Origin: Piedraia hortae CBS 480.64
Lineage: Eukaryota
Assembly (NCBI GenBank): GCA_010093745.1
Contig: MU005957.1
Coordinates: forward strand, 62,001 to 126,000
Length of the DNA: 64,000 nt
Direction of reading: 5' to 3'
The translations under genes and the position numbers were made by a program. Below, piece by piece: positions 20,605 through 31,243 of the stretch (the first letter of the stretch is position 1; every line of letters begins with the position of its first letter). Under the pieces are notes generated by a model. It ran no database searches and was not told the DNA's origin. It saw nothing but the letters and a program-made list of their open reading frames with translations.

Positions 20605-21150
20605 TCATTGTTTTCTGATAACCCGCGAGCAGTGCACAATGTGATCTGGGCTCTTGGAGTGGTGTGTGTACTCAGTCAGAGTTCGCATGGTCTCCCCGCG
20701 TGCGTCGTACTGCAGCGCAAGAAAGAGCGTGTCATGAAAGTAGCGAAAGAGACCATCGACGGCTTCGAGGTGTTCCGGGCCTGGATTTGCATCAAACATG
20801 GAGAGATGTGAAATAGGATATGCCGCGTCCGGTCTGGTTCAACATGTGAGGTAAAGCGCGGCCAATTTTCTTGAGGTACGATGTGCGAGAAGCAGCGGTG
20901 GCGGTCTAAGATTCGGCGGATCCAGATAACTTGACCTCCAACCCTTGGTGGCTGGCTACGGCCAGCTGTGCCTGTTTTGAGAGACAAAGACTGCGGCCAC
21001 TAGTCTGTTGCCCATAGCCGAGCCAGTCAGGGGATAGCCTTGGTTGTACACTGCAAGTATCGTTTGTCGAAGCCAACGCGGCAATCTGAATGATCAGAGG
21101 ACTTGGCGACTGGAATGGGTAAAGCTTAACGAAGTAAGCGCACCGATGGT
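20605..21150 (-). mobile_element. Ty1/copia retrotransposon reverse-transcriptase relic
   Basis: WLG...RSLCLS, SYLKKIG, then TRPDAAYPISHLSMFDANPGPEHLEAVDGLFRYFHDT (copia RT C-terminal signature TRPD..Y.VS.LS.F..NP...H); frameshifts and stops. Confidence 0.85.
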
Positions 21151-21394
21151 AACAACGTGGGTAAAGGCGCAAGCGGAAATACAATGGCCAAGAGTGCGTT
21201 CAGTCGATCTCTTTGCATGCGCCGAAATCAAGCAAATGCAACTGAATTAACCACCCTCTCAAATACAAATCTCTCCTATGCAGTGGTGTCGAACCATATG
21301 ATCTCCACTTCCCCGTGTGTCTTGGCAAACCCCCTCCCCCCCCAAAGCTTAACGAACCCCATCCCGGCCGCGCGCGGCCGCCTTCAACGATGCC

Positions 21395-22756
21395 ATGAGC
21401 AACCGCCTCCTCTCAGCAGGCTCTAGACGCACATTCCTCCGGGGTCTCCGCGCGCTCCCTCAAACCCCGAAGCCCTGCTCAAGCAGCTCAGCCCCCACAC
21501 CCGAGGACGACTACCGCCTCACCCCCTTCATCGACTCCTGCACGCTCAAGGTAACCGCCGGCGCGGGCGGCCACGGCTGCATATCCTTCTTCCGCGACAA
21601 ATTCGTTGCGGACGGGCCCGCAAACGGCGGCGATGGCGGGACGGGCGGGAACGTATACATTCAAGCCGTACGTGGCGAGACAAGCCTGCACAAACTCGCG
21701 CGTAAGCAGGCCGTCGCCGCTGCGCGGGGGAAGAGTGGCCGAGGCCGGCTGATGGGCGGGGAGCGCGGGGAAGATGTCTTGCTCACTGTCCCTGTCGGGA
21801 CTGTTGTTAGGGAACTAGAGAGGAGGGATCCCGTAGCGGAGTTGAGGGATAAGAGGAAGGATAAAGAATATCGTGGACAGGAGAGGTGGATTCTCTTCAA
21901 TGGGCCACTGCCTAGGGGGTTTACGACAGCAGATTTGAAGAGGCCGCCGCCGCCGAGACGGAGTCCACTTGCGGCGATGCAGCCAACCTCTCCGGTGCGG
22001 TTGGATTTGAGTGAGCATATGGATAGGCCGGTGTTGTTGGTTGCGGGCGCGATGGGAGGGCTGGGGAACGTGCATTTCGCTACGAAGGATCACCCGAAGC
22101 CGAAGTGGGCGACTAAGGGAGAGGGTCCCACGCAGGTGCTGTTGCATCTTGAGTTGAAGATTCTGGCGGATGTTGGGCTCGTTGGACTGCCGAATGCGGG
22201 GAAATCTACGCTTTTGAGGGCCTTGACGAAGAGTAGGACCAGGGTTGGGGACTGGCCGTTTACGACGCTCGCGCCGAGTATGGGTACGATTGTGCTTGAT
22301 GGTCATGTTGGGCCCATGGTGGCGGAGAGGGAGAATATTAGGATTGCGGACATTCCGGGAATCATTAAGGACGCGCATCTTGATCGTGGGTTGGGGCTGG
22401 GGTTTTTGAGGCATGTTGAAAGGGCTTCGGTGCTTTCGTTTGTGATTGATTTGAGCGATGGGGATGCGGTGGAGACGTTGAAGGCGCTGTGGAGCGAGTT
22501 GCGGTATTATCAGGAGGGTATTACCATGAAACCGTGGTTTGTGGTTGCTACGAAGGCTGATTTGCCTGACACAAGGGGCAATTTTGAGAAGCTAAGGGGA
22601 TACATTGAGGCCGTTCAGGCGGACGATGAGATTCATCCCAGTGGGGTAGACGATGGATGGAGGAGGAAGCTCTACGCTATCCCAGTGAGCGGGTTGAAGA
22701 AGGAGGGAGTCAATGGTATAGCACAAGTCATGATGGAGCTTCTCTGTGGAAAATAA
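21395..22756 (+). CDS. MTG2: Mitochondrial Obg-family GTPase
   Basis: Basic presequence; GGHGCISF..GPANGGDGGTGG; ADVGLVGLPNAGKSTLL; WPFTTL; DIPG; TKAD. Confidence 0.93.
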   Translation: MSNRLLSAGSRRTFLRGLRALPQTPKPCSSSSAPTPEDDYRLTPFIDSCTLKVTAGAGGHGCISFFRDKFVADGPANGGDGGTGGNVYIQAVRGETSLHKLARKQAVAAARGKSGRGRLMGGERGEDVLLTVPVGTVVRELERRDPVAELRDKRKDKEYRGQERWILFNGPLPRGFTTADLKRPPPPRRSPLAAMQPTSPVRLDLSEHMDRPVLLVAGAMGGLGNVHFATKDHPKPKWATKGEGPTQVLLHLELKILADVGLVGLPNAGKSTLLRALTKSRTRVGDWPFTTLAPSMGTIVLDGHVGPMVAERENIRIADIPGIIKDAHLDRGLGLGFLRHVERASVLSFVIDLSDGDAVETLKALWSELRYYQEGITMKPWFVVATKADLPDTRGNFEKLRGYIEAVQADDEIHPSGVDDGWRRKLYAIPVSGLKKEGVNGIAQVMMELLCGK

Positions 22757-22788
22757 TTTGTCGTATATGATTGTTAATGGTCTCCCAG

Positions 22789-23259
22789 TCATCTTCGACT
22801 TGGGGCATAATGCCCAGCATGGTTCCGACCTGCTTCGATGCGTCCAGGCGCCCCAGGTTGTGAACTTACCTCGCCACCTTCCTTCATCCTAACCTCAACC
22901 CTCTGATACCACTTATCCAAGACATGGGGATACTTTTGCACACACTCCCTCCAATCTCTATCTATGCCCTCCTTGTAGATTGCCGCAGCACGATCCATCT
23001 CTGCATGGATGTGACCCAGGTCCATAGGATGCAATGGTGGATTGCCATGGTGTTGCACGAACATCTGGTAATATGGGATGCTCTCAACATGGGAGCGATA
23101 CTGACGCAGCCGTGAGGAAGAATAGTCCTGGTACATTGCGTTCACTTCATTCTGGGCATGGGTAAAAACCCAATCCCTATGCCACTTAATACTTGCTAGA
23201 GCGTAGATCATTCACAGCATAAACTCACATACGTTATGGTACTTATCTTGCTCCACCAT
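22789..23259 (-). CDS. Hypothetical protein of about 140 aa; probable short first exon from ATG 23259
   Basis: ORF 22789-23211 with coding-like composition; upstream ATG GTG GAG...AAC followed by GTATGT donor; acceptor uncertain. Confidence 0.55.
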
Positions 23260-23523
23260 CGAGCTTGGGCTTGAGCAATGGCAACGGCTAACGCTTCGCT
23301 TTCGTGGTGACAGTTGGCTGGAGCACCGCAGATGGCGCAAGAGGGCTCAAGTTCTTCAATCTTGGCAGTCATCGCCTTCGTCGTCCAAGCTGTTCTCTGC
23401 TTTTATATAAATCTGAAGTCGTTGCCTGCAGTGTGCAGCCCAACGAGGTTGCATTAGCGTGCCATTTGACCTGGAGCACTCATGAGTGGAGTCGTACCTC
23501 AGCTCTCCCTGCAAGCAAAAAAC

Positions 23524-24540
23524 ATGCCCCCCAAAACCTCAATTCTAATCGTCGGCGGCGGCGCCGTCGGCTCTCTCGCAGCCTACGCCCTGTCCCGCTC
23601 AGGTCAATGCCACATAACCCTCGTATGCCGCTCCAACTACGCCGCAGTCTCCCACGACGGCCTCAAAATCTCATCCATAACCCACGGCAAGAACATAACT
23701 TACCACCCCGACGAAGTCGTCAACACTGTCCCCTCCGCCCCATCCCAAAACCCGTACGAGTACATAGTCCTCACCACCAAAAACACACCCGACCTGACAC
23801 CAACAGCAGCCGAGCTAATCTCCCCAGCCATAACACCCAACCACACGACCATAATCCTGCACCAAAACGGAATCAACATCGAAAAACCCTTCGAGGAGAA
23901 ATACCCACACAACTCGATCCTCTCGGGAATATCTCTCATCGGCGCAAGCGAGACTTCCCCGGGAGTCATCCAGCACGACGAACCAGATGTAAGTCTCATC
24001 GGGCCCTTTACACCCACATCTACCTCAATCTCCTCCGCCCAAAAGTTCGTAGCCCTCTACTCCCACTGTCCGGGGGTGAAATGCTCATTTGACGAAAACG
24101 TCCCATTCACACGCTGGCGCAAACTCCTCTACAACGCATCGTATAACTCCAGCGCGGCGTTGCTGGGGCTGGATGTAATCCGCATGCGGATGAGTGAGTT
24201 TCTGATTAGTGATTTGGTGAAACCGGTTATGGGCGAGGTGAGGGCCGTCGCGAAAGCTTCGGCCGGGGTGGAGTTGCCTGCGCATTTGGATGAGGAGATG
24301 ATTTTATCGGACTCGGTGGAGGGTAATTTCATGCCGTCGATGGGTCAGGACGTGAGGAAGGGGAACCCGATTGAGGTGGAGAATATAGTTGGGGAGGTGG
24401 TTAGGGAGGCGAGAAAATGTGACGTGCAGGTGCCGGTGCTGGGGACGGTGTATACGCTTCTTAGAGGGGTGCAGTTGAGGATTCTGGAGCAAAAGGGCCT
24501 GTGGGGGCCGGGGTGGAGGGAGGGAAATCCGTATAGGTGA
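23524..24540 (+). CDS. 2-dehydropantoate 2-reductase (ApbA/PanE family)
   Basis: ILIVGGGAVG, HQNGI, RWRKLLYNASYN, PSMGQDVRKGNPIEVENIVG. Confidence 0.92.
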   Translation: MPPKTSILIVGGGAVGSLAAYALSRSGQCHITLVCRSNYAAVSHDGLKISSITHGKNITYHPDEVVNTVPSAPSQNPYEYIVLTTKNTPDLTPTAAELISPAITPNHTTIILHQNGINIEKPFEEKYPHNSILSGISLIGASETSPGVIQHDEPDVSLIGPFTPTSTSISSAQKFVALYSHCPGVKCSFDENVPFTRWRKLLYNASYNSSAALLGLDVIRMRMSEFLISDLVKPVMGEVRAVAKASAGVELPAHLDEEMILSDSVEGNFMPSMGQDVRKGNPIEVENIVGEVVREARKCDVQVPVLGTVYTLLRGVQLRILEQKGLWGPGWREGNPYR

Positions 24541-24585
24541 TTGAGATGTCCTGATGGGATTGGAAATGTATAGATGTCTATGTAT

Positions 24586-26057
24586 TTACTTGGTGGCACC
24601 GCTGCTCTTGGCGCGTTTGGCTCTGTAGTATTCCCATGAACGGGAGAGACCGGCGGTGAATAAGCCCTTTATGCTTTGGCTTGTGCTCGGCCAGGATACT
24701 GTCCTTCGCACGCACTCGGATAGGACTGATGTGAGGTCCTCTTGGGACGCTACGCGTCGCTCGAATTCGCCGCCTTCGCGTCGGTCGCCGACTTGTTCGT
24801 CTTTGAGGACGTCTGAGAAGGCGGAGCCGGGAATGTGAAAGGCTTTCTTGTACTGGAAATATAGTTTGCGTCGAAAGGCGTTTGGCAGCCGCCGCACCAT
24901 GTTCCCGCGCTTCGTCGGGTTCATGTCTTGGGAAAGCGTCAGACCATCTTCGCCCCCGACAACGTCGTCGAGCTGCGGATTCGCGCCCGTGTGACGGATG
25001 GCGTCTTCCTTCTCCCACGCAGGGCGGGTGGGAGTGCGGGAATCGGAAAACTCGACGTTTGGGAGGTTTTCGATCAAGGGCACATATAATTGTCTGAACC
25101 CTGGCAGTTGTGCACCAACGATATTCTTCACCTTGTTTGGGTTCTCGGCAGCAAAGTAGGAATTCATCCGCGGATCTCCAAGATATGACAACGATGCGAT
25201 GCGTTCGTACAGCTCCCGTTCTGTGAACTTTTCCGGGAGCATCAACAAAGCAATTCGCAGGGCGGATATGAGATTGACTTGGTTGGCTAGCCGCATCCGC
25301 GGATTGTCACGTAGAATTTTGACAGGTTTCTGCAGACGGCCGGCCAAATACAGCGTGTTCCAATCGCTAAGGTCACTGGCCAGAGTGTCGAGGTTGACGA
25401 CGCCGTACTTGATCATGACCCCGTTGACGGTGATGTAGGGATTGAAGTAAACGCCGGCCCCAAAGTCGTCCTGGATGCGGCTGATGGCGGCTGAGGCATA
25501 GGGAAGGTGTTTCAGCCCTGAATAGTGGTCTGGGTGCTGAGCAAGATTGAGGCTATGCCAGTGCTCCGTGTGGCTGACACCGAAAATGAAGTCAATGACC
25601 TTCGCTCCCCCCTTTTGCCATTCTTCTACGGCTTTGGGCGGGTGAGGATGCGGCGATAGTCCGTCGTTGCCCTTACTGGAGCCCTGTCCAAACACTCCAG
25701 ATCCATATGCAAATGCATACCGAATGGGAGCACGAAACTGCCAAAGGATACTACGAAGGGCTTCCTTGAAGTCCTCGTTTATCCGGATGTGTTGGTTGTA
25801 TCCGAAGAATTTGTGAGGAAGCTGCGAAAACGCCGTGATTTCGTAGTCTGGGTTATCATCCCATCCCGGAGGAAGCGTCTTCTCCCACTCCGGTTCCTCT
25901 CTACGTCGAACAGGAGCGCTGGAGAAGCTGCGCAAAAGTCGGGAGTTCCTGCCTGAAAGAGCGCGGCGGGACTCATCTCGTCAGCACATTCCGCCACTCC
26001 GCCGGCGGGTGACGTCAACATACCCAAAGTGTTGCTGTATGCATTGTTCCAGTCCAT
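24586..26057 (-). CDS. TAM41: Mitochondrial phosphatidate cytidylyltransferase (first exon and start uncertain)
   Basis: FRAPIRYAFAYGSGVF, DFIFGV, GAGVYFNPY, LYLAGRLQKPVKIL, LSYLGDPRM, AENPNKV; likely intron GTATGT...GCTGAC...CAG near the 5' end. Confidence 0.92.
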
Positions 26058-26270
26058 GACACTCACAAGGGAGTGACACGAGTGGGAAACGGCCGTCCGC
26101 TCGTCTCTTGCGGTCGTGGGGCATCCGACGACAGGGATCAGCGCGGTCCGGCCCGTTTGTTTACTGCGTTTCGGCGCGCTCCCGTTTCCCGCCGCTTCCC
26201 CGCGCCAACGACGCGTTGTCGCAGTTTGTTTCCAAAAAGTCTTCAACAAAAGCCGTCTTGACTCAAAGCA

Positions 26271-28333
26271 ATGGGAGACAATCGCGAAATGCGCACCTAC
26301 GCTGCGCGCCTTGCAACGTTTCAGTCGCCGCGCCAGCTGAGTAAACGACGCGCTTCCTCGCAATCCAAACGGAAAGGCGCAAACGTTATCGAATGGCCGC
26401 ATGATCAGCCAGCGGTGGAAGAGGTAAGCTGCTATGTGTTTGAACGTCTTGAGCTCGTGCTGACAATGATTAGCTTGCGCGCGCCGGCTTCTACTACCGA
26501 CCGGAACAAGATGCACCGGACAATGTTGCTTGCTTCTGCTGCGGAGTCAGACTCGATGGTTGGGAACCTGAAGACGATCCCCTTCAAGAGCACAGGAACC
26601 ACTCACCTACTTGTGCCTGGGCGGCGAATTTGTTCGTTGAACGCGACGATGAATTGCGGCAGTGCGACCCCATGAGCGAGGAATTGATCGCGGCGCGGCG
26701 CGGAACCTTTGACGTGGGCGACGGTTGGGTGCACGAGAACAAGCGTGGCTGGCGCTGCAAGGTGAAAAAAATGGTCGAAGCCGGCTGGACGTACGATCCC
26801 AGTCCGGAGAACGATGATGGCGTTGTCTGTCTCTACTGCAACTTGAGCCTGGATGGTTGGGAGCCCAAGGATGAACCGTGGGATGAACATCACAGGAGGA
26901 GCCCGGATTGTTTATTCTTTGAGCTGTATGAGAAGTTCTACGCACCGGCGAAAACCACCAAGACCAAGGGACGAGGCAAGGTCAGAGTGTCTGCCCAGAG
27001 TAATATCTCTGCCACCAACAGCGTGGAAAGCGAATCTCGTATGGACGATAGCATCATGTCTACGGCGACTACAGCTTCGAAAAGAGGGGGCAAGAAGGGT
27101 GGACGGAAGCCAGCAGCAAAAAGCCGGAAGAGGGCTGGAACCGTGGATTCCGCAGCCGAAATATGTCTGGTCACCGTCCAACCAGAGCCCAAACCCATTC
27201 GAAAGCGCACGCGCCAGTCCAAGCAGGCAGATACTTCGATGGTTGAGTTATCCCAGCTTTCTGTTGAGCCCAAAACCAGAGGCCGCAAGGCAGTTGTAGA
27301 AGACGAAATCCGCAGTGATGGATCGCAACAGCTGCAGGATGAAATGGAGCTCTCGATCGATTTCGATGCCATAGATGACGAGAATACGCCACAGCCGCCC
27401 AAACGCGGATCAAAGCGTCTGTCCAATGGCACAATCAAGTCACGAGAGCCCAGTGTAGTGATTGATAACAGCGTCGCGCAAGAGCCCAACCTGGTGGAAG
27501 AAGCTACATCGCCGTCGAGGCCAATTGCTCCAATCCGCAAGCGTGGTCGCGCGGCGAGCAGACAGGTTTCTGAGGCAGCTTCGTCTGCACGCAGCAGTGT
27601 CGACACTGAACTGCCTGAGCCTCCCATGAGGGCCTCCAAGAGCCGAAAAGGTCCTGCCAAAAAGAAAGACAAAGCTCGAAAAACATCCTCCATGACCGAT
27701 GACGACACGATCATCATCCACGAACCTCGAGACCTTGAAGCAGAAGAAGCTGAAATTGAACGAGAACTCGCACAGCTGGAGCAAGAGGCTGTGCAAGAGG
27801 AACAAGAGAGAGCGGCAGAGTACGAGCCTACGCCTTCTAGAAGGAAAAAGGTTCTGTCATCCTCGCCGTCACCACAAAACGCACCGCCATCGCCATTCTC
27901 TGTGGCAGATGGTTCTGCAACCCCATACACCAGCGACAAGGAGAATCAACCTTCCTACTCGGAAACAGCAGCGACCGTAAACGTCGCGCCGGGTACACCT
28001 ATCCGCCCGTCAGCTCTGACACTGGCATTGGCATCCCCGTCCAAACAGCCACTGGCAGGCCTCAAATCAACGGTGCCGTGGGATCCAATGGATCTCGACG
28101 ATATCTTTGCGTCTCCCGAGCCTAGCACGCCAGCGACGCTTGCACGCCGTATAGCGGCAGAAACCGGCACACTCAGCACGCCGGAGAAGTCACTGACCGT
28201 GGAGCAATGGATCTACTACAGAGCAGAGCAGGGCGAGCAGGCGTTCAGACGCAGATGTGAGGAGGCTGTTGTGGCGTTTGAGCGGGAGGGTGTCAAGGCA
28301 TTGGAGTGTTTGAGGGGGGTTAAGACGAGGTAA
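26271..28333 (+). CDS. BIR1: IAP/survivin-like chromosomal passenger protein with two BIR domains; join 26271-26423, 26474-28333
   Basis: RLATF..WPH..LARAGFYY..DNVACFCCGVRLDGWEPEDDPLQEH..C; second BIR MVEAGW..CLYCNLSLDGWEPKDEPWDEH..C; intron GTAAGC...GCTGAC...TAG. Confidence 0.93.
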
Positions 28334-28353
28334 AAAAAAAAAAAAAAAAAAAA
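28332..28353 (+). repeat. A22 homopolymer overlapping the BIR1 stop codon
   Basis: TAA runs directly into the poly-A tract. Confidence 0.95.
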
Positions 28354-28831
28354 GCACACGAGTCATAGGATAGGGACGGTGCAGGTGTTGGCTTTGTAGA
28401 TCTGATTGTAATGAGCGTTCTGATGTGTCTTATCTCGCAACATCCTTCGCTACTTCACCCCCTTCTCCCACAAACGACTCCTCTGTTGGCTGTTCTTGAG
28501 GATGGCGGTGCCACTACGAAACAGTGTGTGGGAATTTCTTGTGAAGCTAGAGGGAAACGACACGACGATAACCGTTTTGAATATCACAGTGCGTCTTATG
28601 TAAGCCATGCAAAATTCAAGCATCACTTGACACGGCCGGAGCCAAGAACGACATATGCAGCCCGAAAAAAATCTAACACCATACCAACACCACCATGGTG
28701 ACCTTTGCAATGCCCCGGCTCTGCCTTATCTTCTTCGGCGCTCATTCGGCGAAGGTCTCGCTTGGCATTGGGTGACGTCCTAGTAATCCCCCACTCATCA
28801 TTTTTTTTATCTCCAACCCAATTCATTGCAC

Positions 28832-31243
28832 ATGGAAGACTCACCTGTTGGGAGCAACTCGGGAACAGATCAGGTCAGCCAAGGAGAGAATCAACAAAAG
28901 AGATCCTCATCTGCGGCCCGGGACCCGCCCCCGCAGCCGCAGGCAACCAAGAGACGCAGAATCACACGTGCGTGTGACGAGTGTCGCCGCAAAAAAATCA
29001 AGTGTGATGGCAACCATCCGTGTGCCCATTGTCTGGCTTACAGCTACAGTGAGTAATCTTCCTCATGTTCGATGTGCGAATTAGCCGCTAACAGTCACGT
29101 AGCATGTTCATATGATCAGCCATCCCAGCGCAAGCGAGTTCCAGCGCCGCAGTATGTGGAAAATCTGGAAGCTCGCCTACAAAGAGCTGAGACTCTACTG
29201 CGGACTGTGATGCCTAACCTGAACCTGGATGATCCATGGGTCGATGCTGCCCTGGCCCAAGGGAGCGTTCCCGGTTTGGGCGCCCAGGCTCCCAACTCAA
29301 GTGAGGGCGGGAATGAACCAGCATTGGAGACCATAGTGCCAGCCCTGGCCCAAATGAACCTGGACGAGACAGGCCACTGGGACTACCATGGTAATTCGTC
29401 CGGCCTCAGCTTCGTGCGGGGGCTGGGCGAGCAACTGGGCAATCTTCCGGGCCCAGAATCTTTGGGAGCGTCCTCAATCGGTAAGTCTCCGGCTCGTGTG
29501 CTACCGCGAGGGTTCCTACCCGAGAGAGAGATTGCCAGGCGGTATTGTCAGTACGCCATGGACCAGTCTTCGGCGCTGCTGCATATCGTACATGCTCCGA
29601 GTTTTTGGAAGTCATTTAATCGCATCTATGCACTACCGTCAGATACTTATACCCCATCCGACCGGCAGTTCATGGCCTTATTCTATAGTGCCATGGCGCT
29701 GGGCTACCTGTACGGCGAGGATGAGCCCAGCACAGTCCGGCAGCAAGGCTACAAATCTGCCATTGAGCTTGGAATCGACTATTTCAATGCGGCGCGGGGG
29801 CTCTTGGATTTTGTCGACTGCCGTGACCTCGCTTCAATGCAGGCCTTGCTCTTCATCATCCTGTTCCTGCAGTCGTCGGCCAGGTTATCCGAGTGTTACG
29901 TCTACATTGGGATCGCACTTCGCTCGGCTCTCCGTATGGGGCTGCATCGGGCGCATAACGGCAGCTCAAACCATATCGAGAATGAGTTACGCAAAAGGCT
30001 GTTCTGGATAGTGCTCCAGATGGACATATATGTGGGCGCACTGTTAGGTTTGCCTCAGACACTGAAAGAAGAGGACATTGATCAGGAATTTCCAGCAGAA
30101 GTTGACGACGAGGGAATCACGGAGAACAGTATAGGCGAACCGACGGGCCATTCCACCATGATTGCTTTTAACCATTACACACGCCTTGCCCAGCTAATGG
30201 GAAAGATTGTCCGCAACATCTACCCGACCAAGTCGCCTATCGCAGGTTCGAATAAGTCTTATCCCGTCTCCTATGCCCTTATTCACGAGATTGAACGGGA
30301 CCTAGGGCAGTGGAAGCGCAATTTGCCCGGTGTGCTGACGGGAAACCAACCCCCCGAACACCTTGGACGTGCACAGCACCTGCTACGCATCGCTTTCAAT
30401 AAGACGCAATTTATGCTGTACAGGCCGTTTTTGCATTTTGTCTCGGCTCAGAAACGCTCCGCCACGGCTGACAAGAGGGCATATGCCTGTGCGGCTTCGT
30501 GCATTAACTTGTCGCGCAGCCTCATCCACATTGCTGCGGAAACCGAACATCGGGGCTTCTTGCATGGCGCTTGCTGGTTTGTTATGTACTCTGTCTTTTT
30601 CGCCATAATCTCCCTCGTTCACTTTGCCATGGAAAACCCTACAGATACGCGGACTCGTGCAATCGTCAACGATGCCTATGAAGGCCAGCGACTACTCAAA
30701 TCGCTCGCACGTCGAAGCATGGCAGCCGATCGTTGTGCAGCAACTCTAGAGTCTGTTCTCAACCGACTACCTGGTCGTCTCTCAAATGAAAAGGCGCAGA
30801 TGTCTAGCAGCCAGAGTAAACAGCCAGTCCAACTCGGCCCGTCCCTGCCAATTGAAGAGCAGCAAATATCTCCTGGACCCGCATTATTCGCCGAAAACTA
30901 CCCAAGCCAGCTCCTCCAGCCCCAGAAAGAACAACCAGTCGCTTTCCCCCTGAGCCAGAACCTGTGGAACGTCGTCCCTGCAACTGAAGAGCTTCCGCAA
31001 GACTATAACTTTGGGTTTCCCATCGAACCCTTTGACTATGGATCGCAGCCATTCACGAACATTTCCAATCCGAACTGGATGGGAACCGGTGGCGGTGAGG
31101 TTCCGATGCTCGATGACATGATTGAGGCTCATTTCCCTCCTTACCTTGAACACGTCCAGCAGGTTGTGCCAACGAACGCTGCCGAGAATCAGAACGAGAG
31201 GCCATTTGAGCTTGATGTGAATTTGAGTCCACTAGATCAATGA
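28832..31243 (+). CDS. Zn(II)2Cys6 transcription factor with Fungal_trans domain (ASG1-like); join 28832-29048, 29103-31243
   Basis: [65 protein letters not shown]; intron GTGAGT...GCTAAC...TAG. Confidence 0.93.

Noticed and set aside
26938..27939. 333-aa antisense ORF within BIR1, and similar antisense ORFs in TOP2, the Rab-GAP and DnaJ
   Set aside because: Expected by-product of GC-rich codon usage; no recognisable motifs
28331..28353. Poly-A at the BIR1 stop as a sign of retroposition
   Set aside because: BIR1 keeps an intron and no target-site duplication is visible; treated as a homopolymer
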